64,000 bases of DNA from an uncultured Candidatus Saccharibacteria bacterium (lineage in GTDB: Bacteria; Patescibacteriota; CAZHWT01): NCBI GenBank assembly GCA_964554805.1, contig CAZKPX010000005.1:15935-79934 (forward strand), written 5' to 3'. How positions within the stretch are numbered: the first letter of the stretch is position 1; each line of letters begins with the position of its first letter. Both the position numbers and the translations under genes were made by a program. The notes under the pieces are model-generated. The model made no database searches, was not told the DNA's origin, and saw nothing but the letters and a program-made list of their open reading frames with translations. This document shows, piece by piece, positions 7,704 to 18,700 of this stretch.

Positions 7704-9430
7704 TCCAAGACCTTCTTGAGCAAGTTAGTTTGAAAGTGAAAGCTAGTCCTCATAAAACTGTTCGTGCGCTGCCGACGCCTAAACTTACATCACCGCTCGT
7801 TAAAGCAATTCTGCCAGCTGGAATTGCCGAACAACCTCGACATATAGATACGGGTAGTAGAGTAAGTCGGACTCTGTACATCTCGCAATATCCGCATATT
7901 GCTCATACTGGCTGGCTTAATCCATTGCTGCAATTTAATGCAGATATGGACATCTCCTTTCATATTGCGCCCTCGGCTCCCGATCAAGCGATTCACCAAT
8001 TAACCCGCAAGATAACTGAAATGGAGTCTACCAGGCGAAGCATGGTCAGACGCGGTCAGATTGTCGGTAGCGAGTTAACTGATCCGCTGGAATCAGCTAT
8101 GAGTCTTAAGACGAATATGCTGCGGGGCAAAGAAAAGTTGTTTGGTATTGGATTGTATATCACGCTTCACGCGGACACTTTGGAAGAATTAGACAGAACA
8201 ACTAGGCTTCTTGAAGGCACTCTTGGGAGAGGCCTGTTTTATTCAAAGTCGGCAGATTTTAGGCAGTTGGCTGGGTTTAAAACAACGCTGCCTATGGCCA
8301 AGGATTTACTGCTCAATCCTCACGACTTTGATTCGCTTGGGGCTTCAACGACATTCCCCTTCGCATCGAGCGAAGTTATAGATCCCGATGGTGTACTGTA
8401 CGGAATTAATGAGGCTAGTAATTCACTGGTTATTATTGACCGCTTTGCCTTGCCGAATGCTAATGCCATTACCATTGCTCAATCAGGGGCTGGTAAAAGC
8501 TACACTTCAAAAGTAGAGATACTCAGACAGTTGCTCTTTGGTACCCAAGTCTTTGTTATCGATCCAGAAGATGAGTACCAAGAGTTGGCAAAGAATGTTG
8601 GGGGTCAGATGATTGTTATTACTCCAACATCAGGTCAAAGCATTAACCCTTTTGCGCTACCCCTTGAGGCAACAAAACAGGAGCGAGCGCAACACATTGA
8701 AGACTGTATAAGTCTTTTATCTGTCATGGCAGGCAGTATGAATGTCGAGGAGCGATCTCGGGTTGATGGAGTGCTATCTAGGCTATTTATGGGTGGTAAA
8801 CAGGTGGTGCAGCTTAGCCATGTTGTAAAAGCACTGGTCAAAGAACGTCAGCTGGAATCACTGGTAAGCAGATTGGAGCCATATAGTACTGGCTCACTTA
8901 AAGGATTGTTCACTAGCAATAAGTCGCTGAGTTTAGAGACTCCGCTTTCAGTCTTTAGCTTAAAACATGTACCCAATACCTTAAAGCCGGTAGTGACTAT
9001 GATGATCGCCACTGCTCTGCAGCGGCAGATTATGGGACAGAAGAAAAAGCGATTGCTGCTTATTGATGAGGGTTGGTTGCTGCTTGAACATGAGGATTCG
9101 GCTAAGTTTATTGCGGGTCTTACCAGACGAGCTAGAAAGTATTACCTAGGCGTCCATATGATTACCCAGCAAGTTCAAGATTTTTTGGATAATCCGCATG
9201 GTCGATCAATTGCCTCACAATCGGCGCTACGAATCCTACTTAAGCAAGACACTACAACAATTGATCAAGTAGCTAAGGCGTTTAGACTAAGCGGATATGA
9301 AAAAGAAACGATTTTAACTTCTGACAAAGGCGAAGCCTTGATTATTGCAGGATCAAAGCATGTCAAAGTCAAAATTGTAGCCTCAAGTAAAGAGCATCCG
9401 CTACTTACAACTGACCCTCAGGAATTATGA
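7700..9430 (+). CDS. VirB4/TrbE-family T4SS ATPase (ATPase domain)
   Basis: Walker A IAQSGAGKSYTSK and Walker B LLLIDEGW; 576 aa. Confidence 0.75.
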   Translation: MIQDLLEQVSLKVKASPHKTVRALPTPKLTSPLVKAILPAGIAEQPRHIDTGSRVSRTLYISQYPHIAHTGWLNPLLQFNADMDISFHIAPSAPDQAIHQLTRKITEMESTRRSMVRRGQIVGSELTDPLESAMSLKTNMLRGKEKLFGIGLYITLHADTLEELDRTTRLLEGTLGRGLFYSKSADFRQLAGFKTTLPMAKDLLLNPHDFDSLGASTTFPFASSEVIDPDGVLYGINEASNSLVIIDRFALPNANAITIAQSGAGKSYTSKVEILRQLLFGTQVFVIDPEDEYQELAKNVGGQMIVITPTSGQSINPFALPLEATKQERAQHIEDCISLLSVMAGSMNVEERSRVDGVLSRLFMGGKQVVQLSHVVKALVKERQLESLVSRLEPYSTGSLKGLFTSNKSLSLETPLSVFSLKHVPNTLKPVVTMMIATALQRQIMGQKKKRLLLIDEGWLLLEHEDSAKFIAGLTRRARKYYLGVHMITQQVQDFLDNPHGRSIASQSALRILLKQDTTTIDQVAKAFRLSGYEKETILTSDKGEALIIAGSKHVKVKIVASSKEHPLLTTDPQEL

Positions 9431-10050
9431 ACCCAGCACTATTCTTGCTATTTACCAATGATAAAGCCTTGCGCTGGTGCTTAATGGCAGCAGTCATGAT
9501 TGCTTTAGTGCCGATGATGATTGTGTTGACTATAACTCAGGTCGGTGCGCAAGCAATTTCCGATGTACTACTACCACATGGAGAGAATACAAACCCAACC
9601 TCGATTCCAACAATATACGGTTTGATTGAGCTAGAAAATCCAGCGATTTGGCCAGTCGGTGGAGTTATTACACAGGAGTTCGGGACGCCCAACTTTCCAT
9701 TTCAAGTTGCACATACTGGCATCGATATTGCTAATCCCAATGGAGCTGCAGGAGACCCTGTTCGGGCAATCTTGCCTGGCAAGATTGTGTTTGCTGGCGA
9801 AGACTTCATAAGTCGCAATCTAGAGGTGCATGTTGATCATGGCCAAGGCTTGGTTAGTGTGTATGCACACTTATCCAAGATAACAGCCATTAAAGGGCAA
9901 GAGGTGCTGCAAGGTCAAAAGGTGGGCGAGGAAGGAAGATCTGGTTGGGCAACAGGAGTGCATTTGCACTTAGAACTCAGATTGTTTCATATACCAGTGA
10001 ACCCCAGAGTTTTAATCGGACAAGGTTCGCCGCCATTGGAGCTACCATGA
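9427..10050 (+). CDS. M23/LytM-family peptidoglycan metallopeptidase, membrane-anchored
   Basis: N-terminal TM helix, then HTGIDIA...GLVSVYAHL...GVHLHLELR, which corresponds to the HxxxD and HxH zinc motifs of M23 peptidases. ATGA coupling on both sides. Confidence 0.7.
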   Translation: MNPALFLLFTNDKALRWCLMAAVMIALVPMMIVLTITQVGAQAISDVLLPHGENTNPTSIPTIYGLIELENPAIWPVGGVITQEFGTPNFPFQVAHTGIDIANPNGAAGDPVRAILPGKIVFAGEDFISRNLEVHVDHGQGLVSVYAHLSKITAIKGQEVLQGQKVGEEGRSGWATGVHLHLELRLFHIPVNPRVLIGQGSPPLELP

Positions 10051-12440
10051 TAAGGCCGATTACGACGCAAGAGCTATATAGTATGGTGGATTCTTTTGAA
10101 CAGATAGCTTGGGAAGGGTGGTTGGTAGGGGCAGTGATTGCACTTTTGCTTGCAGTATTATTGCTAGCAGTCTATCAGGGGTGGGTTGTGTATTTAAATA
10201 GAGATAAGTCGGTCATTGTATTCACTCCAGCTTTAATGGATACAAATAATTACGAGCGTATGGAAGAGTTCTTTAGCTTTATTGATGCGCTACTCAGGCC
10301 AAAGACTATACTTGGCAAGCTCCAGCCTTCACGGCAAATTACACTTGAAATCACAACGTCCTATGATACTGGTCTTCGCTACCAGCTATTCACCCCTCCT
10401 CATTTATCAGCGCCGATTGTTCAAGGAATAAAAAGCATATTCCCAGGCTCTAAGGTGCAGCCTGTGGCTAGCAGTGATCAAAATAGTATTGATGGAGTTG
10501 TGAGGCACTTTAAGTTAAAAAACCATCCTGCGCTACCACTGCGGTTCGTGACTGCAGAGCATGTAGCTGACCCCTCAAGCTTTGTCGCCAGTAGTCTGTC
10601 TGAGTTATCAGACAAAGAGCAGGCAGTGATTCAGGTTGTTTTATCCCCCACCAGAGGATTGAGCCATGTATTGCTGCACCGGGTAAACCCTGATTCATTT
10701 GGCAAGCTGGCGGGATTGGCGGAGCAAAAGTTGCGACAGCCAATATTCAAGACAACACTTCGGATCAAAACTTCCGAAGCAAGGCTGCACGCCGTCACTT
10801 CGGCGTTGTATGGCGTTAATCAACCCAAGGTGCAACAACTTGTCACGGCTCACTTATGGCCATTGCAGCGCTCACTTGTGGAATGGAGTCTTGCTAACTG
10901 TACGCAACTATTCTCACCTAGTCTGAAATTATCTGTTGGAGAACTAGCTAGTTTATTGCACCCTGCGACTGGCAGAGTTGCAAAGACTGAAGATGTATCA
11001 ACAAACAAGAGTAAGCTATTGCCGCTTCCTACAGAGCTAAAAACAAGAACTGCAGATAGCGGAGTAATTATTGGGTCTGCCATAGGCAGCTCAAGTAATT
11101 ACCCGATCATCGTCACCGATGATGATCGTTCACGGCATATGTATTTGATTGGTCAAACAGGTTCAGGCAAGTCTACAATTCTATTTCATATGGCAACAAA
11201 GGATATACTAGACGGCTACGGAGTAGCTGTCATTGATCCGCATGGTGATTTAATCGATGACATCGTCAGCGATTTAGTCGCAAACGTTGGCCGAGAAAGG
11301 GCGAATGAGGCAACTCAAAGAGTTGTGCTCATTGACCCCTCCGACCTGCACTTTCCAGTGGGGATTAACTTGCTGGAGATACCGCAAACATCTAGCGAAG
11401 AAGAGTTAGAGCAAGAAAGGGAACTGGTTTGCGAGGGTGTAATATCGGTGTTTAAGCGTGTCTTTGGGCAAGATGAAGATTCGAATGCGCACCGAATTGA
11501 ATATATGTTGCGCAATGTCATTCATACTGCGTTCCATGTTGAGAGTGCCACCATATTTACGTTATATGACTTGCTCAACGATACGAAGTATCGCAAGCAA
11601 GTGGTTAAAACTCTAACTGATCCAAACCTCATCAACTTTTGGAAGAATGAATTTCACAAAGCTGGCGACTGGCAGCAAGTGAAAATGGTGTCAGGTGTTA
11701 CCGCAAAGATTGGACGATTCCTCTTCTCTCCAACAGTTAAGAGAATTCTTGATCAGCCAAAATCAACCATTGATTTTGATGAGTGTTTAGCAACGAACAA
11801 AGTTCTTCTATGCAATCTTTCTGAAGGAAAGATTGGTGAGGATAATGCACACCTCATGGGTAGTGTAATTATTACTAAGATTCATCTTGCCGCCCTAAGG
11901 CGGTCAAGACTGAACAAGGATTCTAGAAGTCCCTATTATTTATACGTTGATGAGTTTCAGCATTTCGCTACAAACTATTTCACAAGGCTTCTATCAGGGG
12001 GTAGAAAGTTTGGCTTGCGCGTCATAATTGCGCAGCAATCGACCGCGCAGATTAAAGACAAAAATATGCTGCAGGTTATTCTAGCTAATACTGGGACTGT
12101 GGTGTCATTTAGAACAGCCAGCTCGTTTGACGCTGACATGGTATTGCCATTGTTTGAACCAATGGTGACGAGGGAAGATATTGTAAACCTGCCACGATAT
12201 AACTTCTTTATAAAGATGGGTGCTAGTGAGCCACTGCAAGCCTTCTCTGGGAGAACGAAGGCTATTGAAGTCACACAGGATGATAAGGCTATATTGCAGC
12301 TCCTAGAGTTATCTAGAGGGCAATATGCAGGTAAGCACCATCAGGCCACTAAGTCAACGACCATTCCAGCGAAGCCTAATGACAATAAGGATACAAAGCC
12401 AATGAAGAGCTTAGCGACTAAACTAAATGGCTCAACATAA
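10047..12440 (+). CDS. type IV coupling protein (VirD4/TraG/TcpA-like, FtsK-type ATPase)
   Basis: Two N-terminal TM helices; Walker A LIGQTGSGKST, VIDPHGDL and Walker B YLYVDEFQHF. The start was moved to ATG 10047, which overlaps the previous stop; the ORF-track start at 9945 overlaps the M23 gene. Confidence 0.7.
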   Translation: MIRPITTQELYSMVDSFEQIAWEGWLVGAVIALLLAVLLLAVYQGWVVYLNRDKSVIVFTPALMDTNNYERMEEFFSFIDALLRPKTILGKLQPSRQITLEITTSYDTGLRYQLFTPPHLSAPIVQGIKSIFPGSKVQPVASSDQNSIDGVVRHFKLKNHPALPLRFVTAEHVADPSSFVASSLSELSDKEQAVIQVVLSPTRGLSHVLLHRVNPDSFGKLAGLAEQKLRQPIFKTTLRIKTSEARLHAVTSALYGVNQPKVQQLVTAHLWPLQRSLVEWSLANCTQLFSPSLKLSVGELASLLHPATGRVAKTEDVSTNKSKLLPLPTELKTRTADSGVIIGSAIGSSSNYPIIVTDDDRSRHMYLIGQTGSGKSTILFHMATKDILDGYGVAVIDPHGDLIDDIVSDLVANVGRERANEATQRVVLIDPSDLHFPVGINLLEIPQTSSEEELEQERELVCEGVISVFKRVFGQDEDSNAHRIEYMLRNVIHTAFHVESATIFTLYDLLNDTKYRKQVVKTLTDPNLINFWKNEFHKAGDWQQVKMVSGVTAKIGRFLFSPTVKRILDQPKSTIDFDECLATNKVLLCNLSEGKIGEDNAHLMGSVIITKIHLAALRRSRLNKDSRSPYYLYVDEFQHFATNYFTRLLSGGRKFGLRVIIAQQSTAQIKDKNMLQVILANTGTVVSFRTASSFDADMVLPLFEPMVTREDIVNLPRYNFFIKMGASEPLQAFSGRTKAIEVTQDDKAILQLLELSRGQYAGKHHQATKSTTIPAKPNDNKDTKPMKSLATKLNGST

Positions 12441-12530
12441 TAGTAAAGATAGTCATAACGGTTATGACTATCTTTACTCATTCTACTTCAGATATACCAA
12501 TCATATTCCTACCCCTTTATATACATACTT

Positions 12531-13250
12531 ATGCAAAGCGAAATAATCCTACTCAAACAACTCTATATTTTTCGCTACCTTACACAAAAACAGTTCTGCA
12601 CAATTTTGGGGCTTAGTGGAAACGCTCATATAAGCCGCTCCCTACAATCATTAGAGTCTAAGGGATTAGTGGTTAATTATAAATCTAAGTCAATTATAGA
12701 GCCGACCGTTTATGGATTATCCGGTTCAGCAGCTAAGGTTATTAAATTAAACGCAAGCGAATTAGGCATAGATCTTCCGCTTGCCCGGAGTGTTACCAAT
12801 CTTCGTCTAACTAGTAGTGCATTCAAACAACATTGTATGGAAGTTGCTGATATTTTTTGCCAGCTACGAAGTAGCGCAAAAGATGAGGGTAAATCTTTCT
12901 CATGGCTAAGCAAGACTCAGCTCTATGGATTTGAGCCGCTACCGAAGCCGGCTCCTGATGCTTTGATGATGCTAGGTGAGAAGAATACAAAACAATACTT
13001 CTTCATTGAAGTATTGCAGGAGGGTATGTTGAGAAAACCGCTCTATATAAGATTGAGGCAGTACTATGACTTTTGGAAAGGTGGAGATTGGGAGGCAGAC
13101 ATAGAATCAGATTGTCCAAAGCTAATGATTATTACTCAGTCTGAGAGGCAGGTGTGGCAAGTTAAAAAACTGCTTGAGGTAATTGATGAAGATTTTGCTA
13201 AAGAATGTATAATGCAAACAATTATCGAAGGGGAATATCTACAAGATTAA
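12531..13250 (+). CDS. winged-helix protein, possibly replication-relaxation (Replic_Relax)-like relaxosome accessory protein
   Basis: N-terminal wHTH-like pattern LLKQLYIFRYLTQKQF...LQSLESKGLV. It sits directly after the coupling protein gene. Confidence 0.3.
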   Translation: MQSEIILLKQLYIFRYLTQKQFCTILGLSGNAHISRSLQSLESKGLVVNYKSKSIIEPTVYGLSGSAAKVIKLNASELGIDLPLARSVTNLRLTSSAFKQHCMEVADIFCQLRSSAKDEGKSFSWLSKTQLYGFEPLPKPAPDALMMLGEKNTKQYFFIEVLQEGMLRKPLYIRLRQYYDFWKGGDWEADIESDCPKLMIITQSERQVWQVKKLLEVIDEDFAKECIMQTIIEGEYLQD

Positions 13251-13290
13251 GAATGACCAATACAAGCAAAGCAGAGGTGGGATATCGCGA

Positions 13291-13551
13291 GTGCTTGAAG
13301 TTAAATGTGAACACTGTGATACCCATTTGGCTTATTATCAAAAAGATGGCCCAGGCATACTTAAGCGTATGTATATTGATCGTTTTATCAACGGACAATC
13401 AGAAGGTAAAGAATTGAGCTGCAATAACTGCGGTCGAACGGTAGGAGTCCTTATCTTATACGAAAAGGAAAATCGTCCAGCATATCGATTGTTTGTCGGG
13501 GCAGTCACCAAGAAAATAGTAAGCAGAAATACAGCAAGTCTGCAGAATTAA
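13291..13551 (+). CDS. small zinc-ribbon protein
   Basis: CEHC ... CNNC pairs; 86 aa. Confidence 0.3.
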   Translation: MLEVKCEHCDTHLAYYQKDGPGILKRMYIDRFINGQSEGKELSCNNCGRTVGVLILYEKENRPAYRLFVGAVTKKIVSRNTASLQN

Positions 13552-13564
13552 AACGCCTTTATTT

Positions 13565-13957
13565 ATGAACGAAACGTCGCTCCAGCAATTAGTTAATCAA
13601 GTCCAAGCTCACTTTAATATATTCTTACCAGTTAGTGGTGGTATGGGTAATTCTGAGTCTGAGCCTATCGTACTTGATATCGATAATGCAAACTTAATTG
13701 CACCTCTGCAGCATGCCGTTCTTCACTATTTGTTTTTATTTAGAGATCATGAGTGGGAGTGGCGAGGCTCTGAAATGACCGAGAAGCCCAACCAAGTACT
13801 TGAAAAGGTAGTCGCTGTTTATACAGATGAGCCAGCCTATACTTATAGCTATTTCTTTGATATTACACGCCCGTGGCGTAGTAATTCAAAGCCAATGACT
13901 ATATCAGGTAATCCATATTTCCCAAATAGCAAGGTGCAAATACACTCGGAGAACTAA
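13565..13957 (+). CDS. hypothetical protein
   Basis: 130-aa ORF with tight spacing to its neighbours. Confidence 0.3.
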   Translation: MNETSLQQLVNQVQAHFNIFLPVSGGMGNSESEPIVLDIDNANLIAPLQHAVLHYLFLFRDHEWEWRGSEMTEKPNQVLEKVVAVYTDEPAYTYSYFFDITRPWRSNSKPMTISGNPYFPNSKVQIHSEN

Positions 13958-13961
13958 CGAC

Positions 13962-14774
13962 ATGGCTAAAAAGCAACGAAACCCAGAGAAGTGTCGCATT
14001 TGTGGCAAAATGGAAGTGCTAACTAGGGAGCACATTATCCCGCAAGCAGCTGGTGGTGGTGAAAAAACTAAGCTTTATACCGGAGACGAGCTTATTAAAG
14101 TTATTAGCAGAGAAACTCGGACGGACGGGGAAAAGCCCTTCGGTAAAATCCACCAGGATGGGTATTACGACTACACTCTATGCTCAGACTGTAATAGCTT
14201 GTTGGGGAGCACATACGATTCAGACTTTTCTGCCTTCTATAATTCAATCAATCACCATGTGGCCAAAATGGTTCATGGCGAGCTAGGCAGTATTCCTGAT
14301 GGTAAAGAGCTTGATGATTATCTTATGACTAAAGGGGTAGATATTCATTTAAGGAAAATTAAACCCATGAATATCGCTAAAAGAATTTTGGCGTCATTTT
14401 GCTCTGTAGATCATCCAGGATTAACAACTCGTAATCCCGAAATCCGAAGGGCGATTTTAGATAAGCATTACAAACCAGACACTAAAAACCTCTCAATTTA
14501 TATGAAACTACATGTTGGCAGTCGGAGTTCTTTCGGCACTGTAGTAGCTCTTCGTCAAGAGGGTAGTCAGTATGTACCACACGCCTATGCTGGTATTGAA
14601 ATGGGATTAGTAGCATTCTACCTAACTCAAGGCGAAGAAATATTTAGCTCTGATTGCCTCAATATTACTAATTGGCTAACAGATTACGATTATGATGAAC
14701 TAGAAGATATGACAATGGGACTAAATTTTCAAAAATCACTGTTCTTGAATATTCCGTCTGAGGCATACGAATAA
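13962..14774 (+). CDS. HNH endonuclease domain protein
   Basis: CRICGKMEVLTREHIIPQAAGG ... CSDCNSLLG; this is the Cys-x2-Cys ... H ... Cys-x2-Cys-N layout of HNH nucleases. Confidence 0.55.
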   Translation: MAKKQRNPEKCRICGKMEVLTREHIIPQAAGGGEKTKLYTGDELIKVISRETRTDGEKPFGKIHQDGYYDYTLCSDCNSLLGSTYDSDFSAFYNSINHHVAKMVHGELGSIPDGKELDDYLMTKGVDIHLRKIKPMNIAKRILASFCSVDHPGLTTRNPEIRRAILDKHYKPDTKNLSIYMKLHVGSRSSFGTVVALRQEGSQYVPHAYAGIEMGLVAFYLTQGEEIFSSDCLNITNWLTDYDYDELEDMTMGLNFQKSLFLNIPSEAYE

Positions 14775-15011
14775 ATTGATACTAAAAATTAACTATTTCT
14801 AACCAAGTAAGCTTGAGGGGTGAGATCGACGACTTTAGGAGCAGTCCTAACCATCCTTCAGGTTATAGCGGCCCTACAACAATACATACAGCAACTGCTG
14901 GGGCTTAAATGGAGATAGCCAGTCTGCAGTTTACTGAGTCGTTGAGCTTGTTAGCCTAATTGAATAGAGCAGTTTAGAGTCATGCTCAGGACTTTATATG
15001 AATGTAACCCT

Positions 15012-15578
15012 CTACATTCTTTCTTCCTTTTGGAGACTATACCAACCATCACCTATTATCATGTGGTCAATAACCTTGATGCCAATAATCTTTCCAGCGG
15101 TTACTAATCGCTTAGTTATCAGCATGTCATCCTCTGAAGGCTCTATATCGCCACTGGGGTGATTATGGATAACGATTATCTTTGAGGCACAGTCTAAAAT
15201 AGCTGCTCTAAAAACTTCTCTAGGGTGAACTAGAGATGCATCGACTATTCCAGTTGAAATACTATGCTTGCCAATAATGCGATTGCGGCTACTCAAGGTC
15301 AGAATAACCACATGCTCCTTTTTTAGAGACCTCATATACTTTACGAACTTATATGCATCTTCTGGCTCAGTTATTACTGGTCTCTTAGGCTTATACAGCT
15401 CTTGTGGCTCTGAGGCCTTGATTGCAGCTACTTGATCGTCTGATAGCGCAATGGTTATCAAATTCTTGCTTAAAGCCATCTTCTTAACTTGAATTTCCTT
15501 TGGTGTATTATTGCTTGTCATAATTTCTACCTCCTCGGTATATTTAGTGCTTTTGCACATACGAGGGTTGACCTCCAC
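15012..15578 (-). CDS. RadC-like JAB/MPN domain protein (DUF2466)
   Basis: JAMM-like motif HNHPSGDIEPSEDD. The family is common in leading regions of conjugative elements. Confidence 0.7.
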   Translation of the reverse strand: MEVNPRMCKSTKYTEEVEIMTSNNTPKEIQVKKMALSKNLITIALSDDQVAAIKASEPQELYKPKRPVITEPEDAYKFVKYMRSLKKEHVVILTLSSRNRIIGKHSISTGIVDASLVHPREVFRAAILDCASKIIVIHNHPSGDIEPSEDDMLITKRLVTAGKIIGIKVIDHMIIGDGWYSLQKEERM

Positions 15579-15700
15579 TCGTACTTAGAAAGTACGAGCC
15601 AGGGGTCCCCACTCATAGCAAGGTGGAGACTTGTACTACCTTGCTGTGCGTGGGGATGGCCAACAATGGTTATGTTGAGTGGAGGTTAAAACGGTTGGGT
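15579..15700 (-). promoter_or_regulatory. highly structured region upstream of the radC-like gene (nested inverted repeats; candidate ssDNA promoter/ssi or structured 5-prime UTR)
   Basis: Hairpin CTCGTACTT-agaa-AGTACGAG. A long-range 10-nt inverted repeat ACCTCCACTC(15597) / GAGTGGAGGT(15680). Further repeats GGTGGAGAC / CCACTCAT. Confidence 0.3.
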
Positions 15701-15799
15701 CTGACAGGTCGCTAGATGAAATATTCTGATAAGTGTTATGTCATTGGTTAAATGATATAATCATCAGAGATAAAATAATTATTCAACTTCAGAAGAATT

Positions 15800-18700
15800 A
15801 TGGCCAAAATAGACGACTCACTACTACAAGGAATCATTACTGGCAGGGTTGAGCCACACATATACTCTTTCGAAACAAATACACTACCTAATTATTTAAA
15901 GGTTGGCGACACCTATCGTCCAGTTGACGAGAGGTTGAATGAATGGAGAAAGTACTATAAGGATCTAACCGAAGTCTCAAGGCACAAGGCGATTGCCGCC
16001 GAAGGAGTGTTCTTTAGAGATTATTCTGTGCATAAGCACCTTCGCTCGAAAGGTAAGGTGCAGGCCAACTTTGACCCAGTAAGTAATTTTTACTCTGCTG
16101 AATTTTTCTCAGACACCAAAAAGACTGACGTGGAGCAGGCAGTCGAGCAAATCGTAAAAAGTTACCCCGAATCTAGTATTTACGATTACTACCACAATCT
16201 CAAAGATAGAATTGAATATCGGTTTACCAGAAATAAAGACTTTGCTCCACGAGATAATCAGCAGGAAGTTATTAATAGATTCAAAGAAGCCGTCAATGCA
16301 GGCCGTGCCAACTTGTTGATGTATGCCGTTATGCGGTTTGGCAAGTCTATTACTTCAATATGGGCAGCAAAACAAATCGATTCAAAGCTAACTGTAGTGG
16401 TTTCTGCCAAGGCTGATGTGCGACTTGAATGGAAGCAGACCGTTGAAAGCCATAAGGACTTTGCCGGGTATCGGTTCATGGATAGTGAAGATTTGCGGCA
16501 AAGCCCGGATATTGAGCAACTATATGGTCAAACCTTTAAAGCTGGATCTGAGACAGAAGAAGTGTGCACCAATATTGTGCTCTTTTTAACCTTGCAAGAT
16601 TTAGCTGGATCAACTGCCGCAATTAAGAAACGGCATGAATTCTTGCAAGAAGCTAATGTAGACTTACTGATTATTGATGAAACTCATTTTGGAGCTAGGG
16701 CACAAGTTCTAGGTAAAATTTTGGCAGGCACTGAAATCAGCGATGTTGATAAAGAAATGCTGAGTACGATGGAAGACCAAGATGACATCGGTAAGCCAAA
16801 AGAGCTAAAAGCAATAAATGCCAAGGTGAAATTACATTTATCAGGTACACCCTATCGAATCTTGATGGGTAGTGAGTTTGAACCTGAGGATATTATCGCC
16901 TTTGTGCAATTTAGTGATATCTATGAAGCAAAATTAAAATGGGCTACGGACAATCTAGAAACTGATGAATGGCATAATCCCTACTATGGCTTCCCCCAGA
17001 TGGTTCGATTCGCCTTTAATCCTAATGAGAGCTCGAGGAAGCTGCTTGATGGGATACCTGGCAGCAAGCCATCGGACTTACTTGCTCCCATTTCAACCAG
17101 CAGCAGTAATCCAAACTACGAGACTTTTCAACATGAGCAGGAGGTTCTAGAGCTTTTTGGAGCGCTAGATGGCTCACTAAGTGATACACAGCTACTTGGT
17201 GTTTTGGATAGCCCAATTATTAAGAATGGCAAACTAGCACGTCATATTGTAATCGTTTTACCCTTTAGGGCATCATGCGATGCGCTAGAAAAGCTGCTTG
17301 TCTCAAATAAGGATGAGTTTCGGAATATCGCCGAGTATAGGCTGTTTAATATCAGTGGGCACAACAAGGAGCTCTCGACTCCTGAGGAAGTTAAGGCTGC
17401 TATCTCCAACGCTGAGGCAGATGGAGATAAGACTATTACTCTGACTGTTAATAAGATGCTGACCGGCAGCACCGTACCTCAATGGGATACAATGATTTAC
17501 CTGAAAGGCACGGCAAGCCCTCAAGAGTACGATCAAGCCGTATTCCGCTTACAATCTCCCTGGGTTGAAGTGTATGAGGATGGTGAAGGTAATCGCATTG
17601 CCTATGATATGAAGCCTCAGACACTCCTCGTTGACCTTGACCCAACCCGCCTATTTTCCCTGCAGGAAGCCAAAGCCTTTACTTACGGTGCCAATGCAGG
17701 ACAGATTGGTAATGAACAAATTGAGTCTTTTATCGAGCGGGAACTAAAAATATCCCCAATTATTGCGGTCAATACTGAGAATAATAAGCTAGTTGAGATA
17801 AATGCCACTAATGTCATGGATCAAGTTCGAGATTACGCCGCTAGTCGGACTATTGTTGAAGATGTTGGCGATGTTGGTGTTGATTTAACCTTATTCGATA
17901 ATGAAGAGATTCTGGCTATGATCAGCTCTCTGTCAGAGATGGGTGGAAGGAATGGTCTGAACATTAGGCCTGCTGAAGATGAGGGGCAAGAGCTTGATAT
18001 CACGGAAGAGGTCGATGATCATGCTTCTGGCGATGATCCGACACTAGATCCTACTACTACGGGTACGCCTGCTCCTACTAGCGATTCTGAAACTGCGGCT
18101 AGCAATAGCAGTCTGGAGAAGAAATTCCGCTCATACTATGCCCAGATTCTTCTTTACGCTTTCCTAACTGACACCGAGGTGAAGAATTTATCTAGTGTAA
18201 TTGCAAGCATTGAGGCTAATGATGATAATCGTAGAATTGCCAAAAACCTTGGCCTGAGAGCCAGTGATTTACAGTTAATCAGAGACAATGTTAATTGGTC
18301 AGTACTGCGGAGTTTGGACTACAAAATTCAAAATACTGATTATAGGGCAATTGATGAGAGTATTTCTCCAGAAGAGCATATTGAGATTGCCATAAGTAAA
18401 TTTGGACGTCTGTCTGAATCAGAAATATTTACCCCCGCTATAATTGCCAATAAGATATTTGAAGGTTTTGATTCTGATTTTTGGGATAGTCTGAATTCAG
18501 AGATAGTTCTTGATATGGCAAGCAAGTCTGGTAGTTTTGCCCATGCATTCGTCCTGGTAGCAGAAGAAAATGGCGCGTCGAGAGTAGATTTGCGAGATAG
18601 GTTTTACTCAATACCCACTTCTCCAGCTGCATACGAATTTACTCTTAAAATGTACAAAGCAATTGGTTTAAACTCTCATAATATTGCTCAACACTTTAAT

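Noticed and set aside
9945-10046. ORF-track start of the coupling protein at 9945
   Set aside because: It would overlap the M23 peptidase gene by about 100 nt in another frame. The ATG at 10047 overlaps the upstream stop (ATGA) like the other genes in this operon.
16258-18632. Antisense or alternate-frame short ORFs inside the helicase-MTase gene
   Set aside because: They are embedded in a 1356-aa ORF with clear helicase and MTase motifs.
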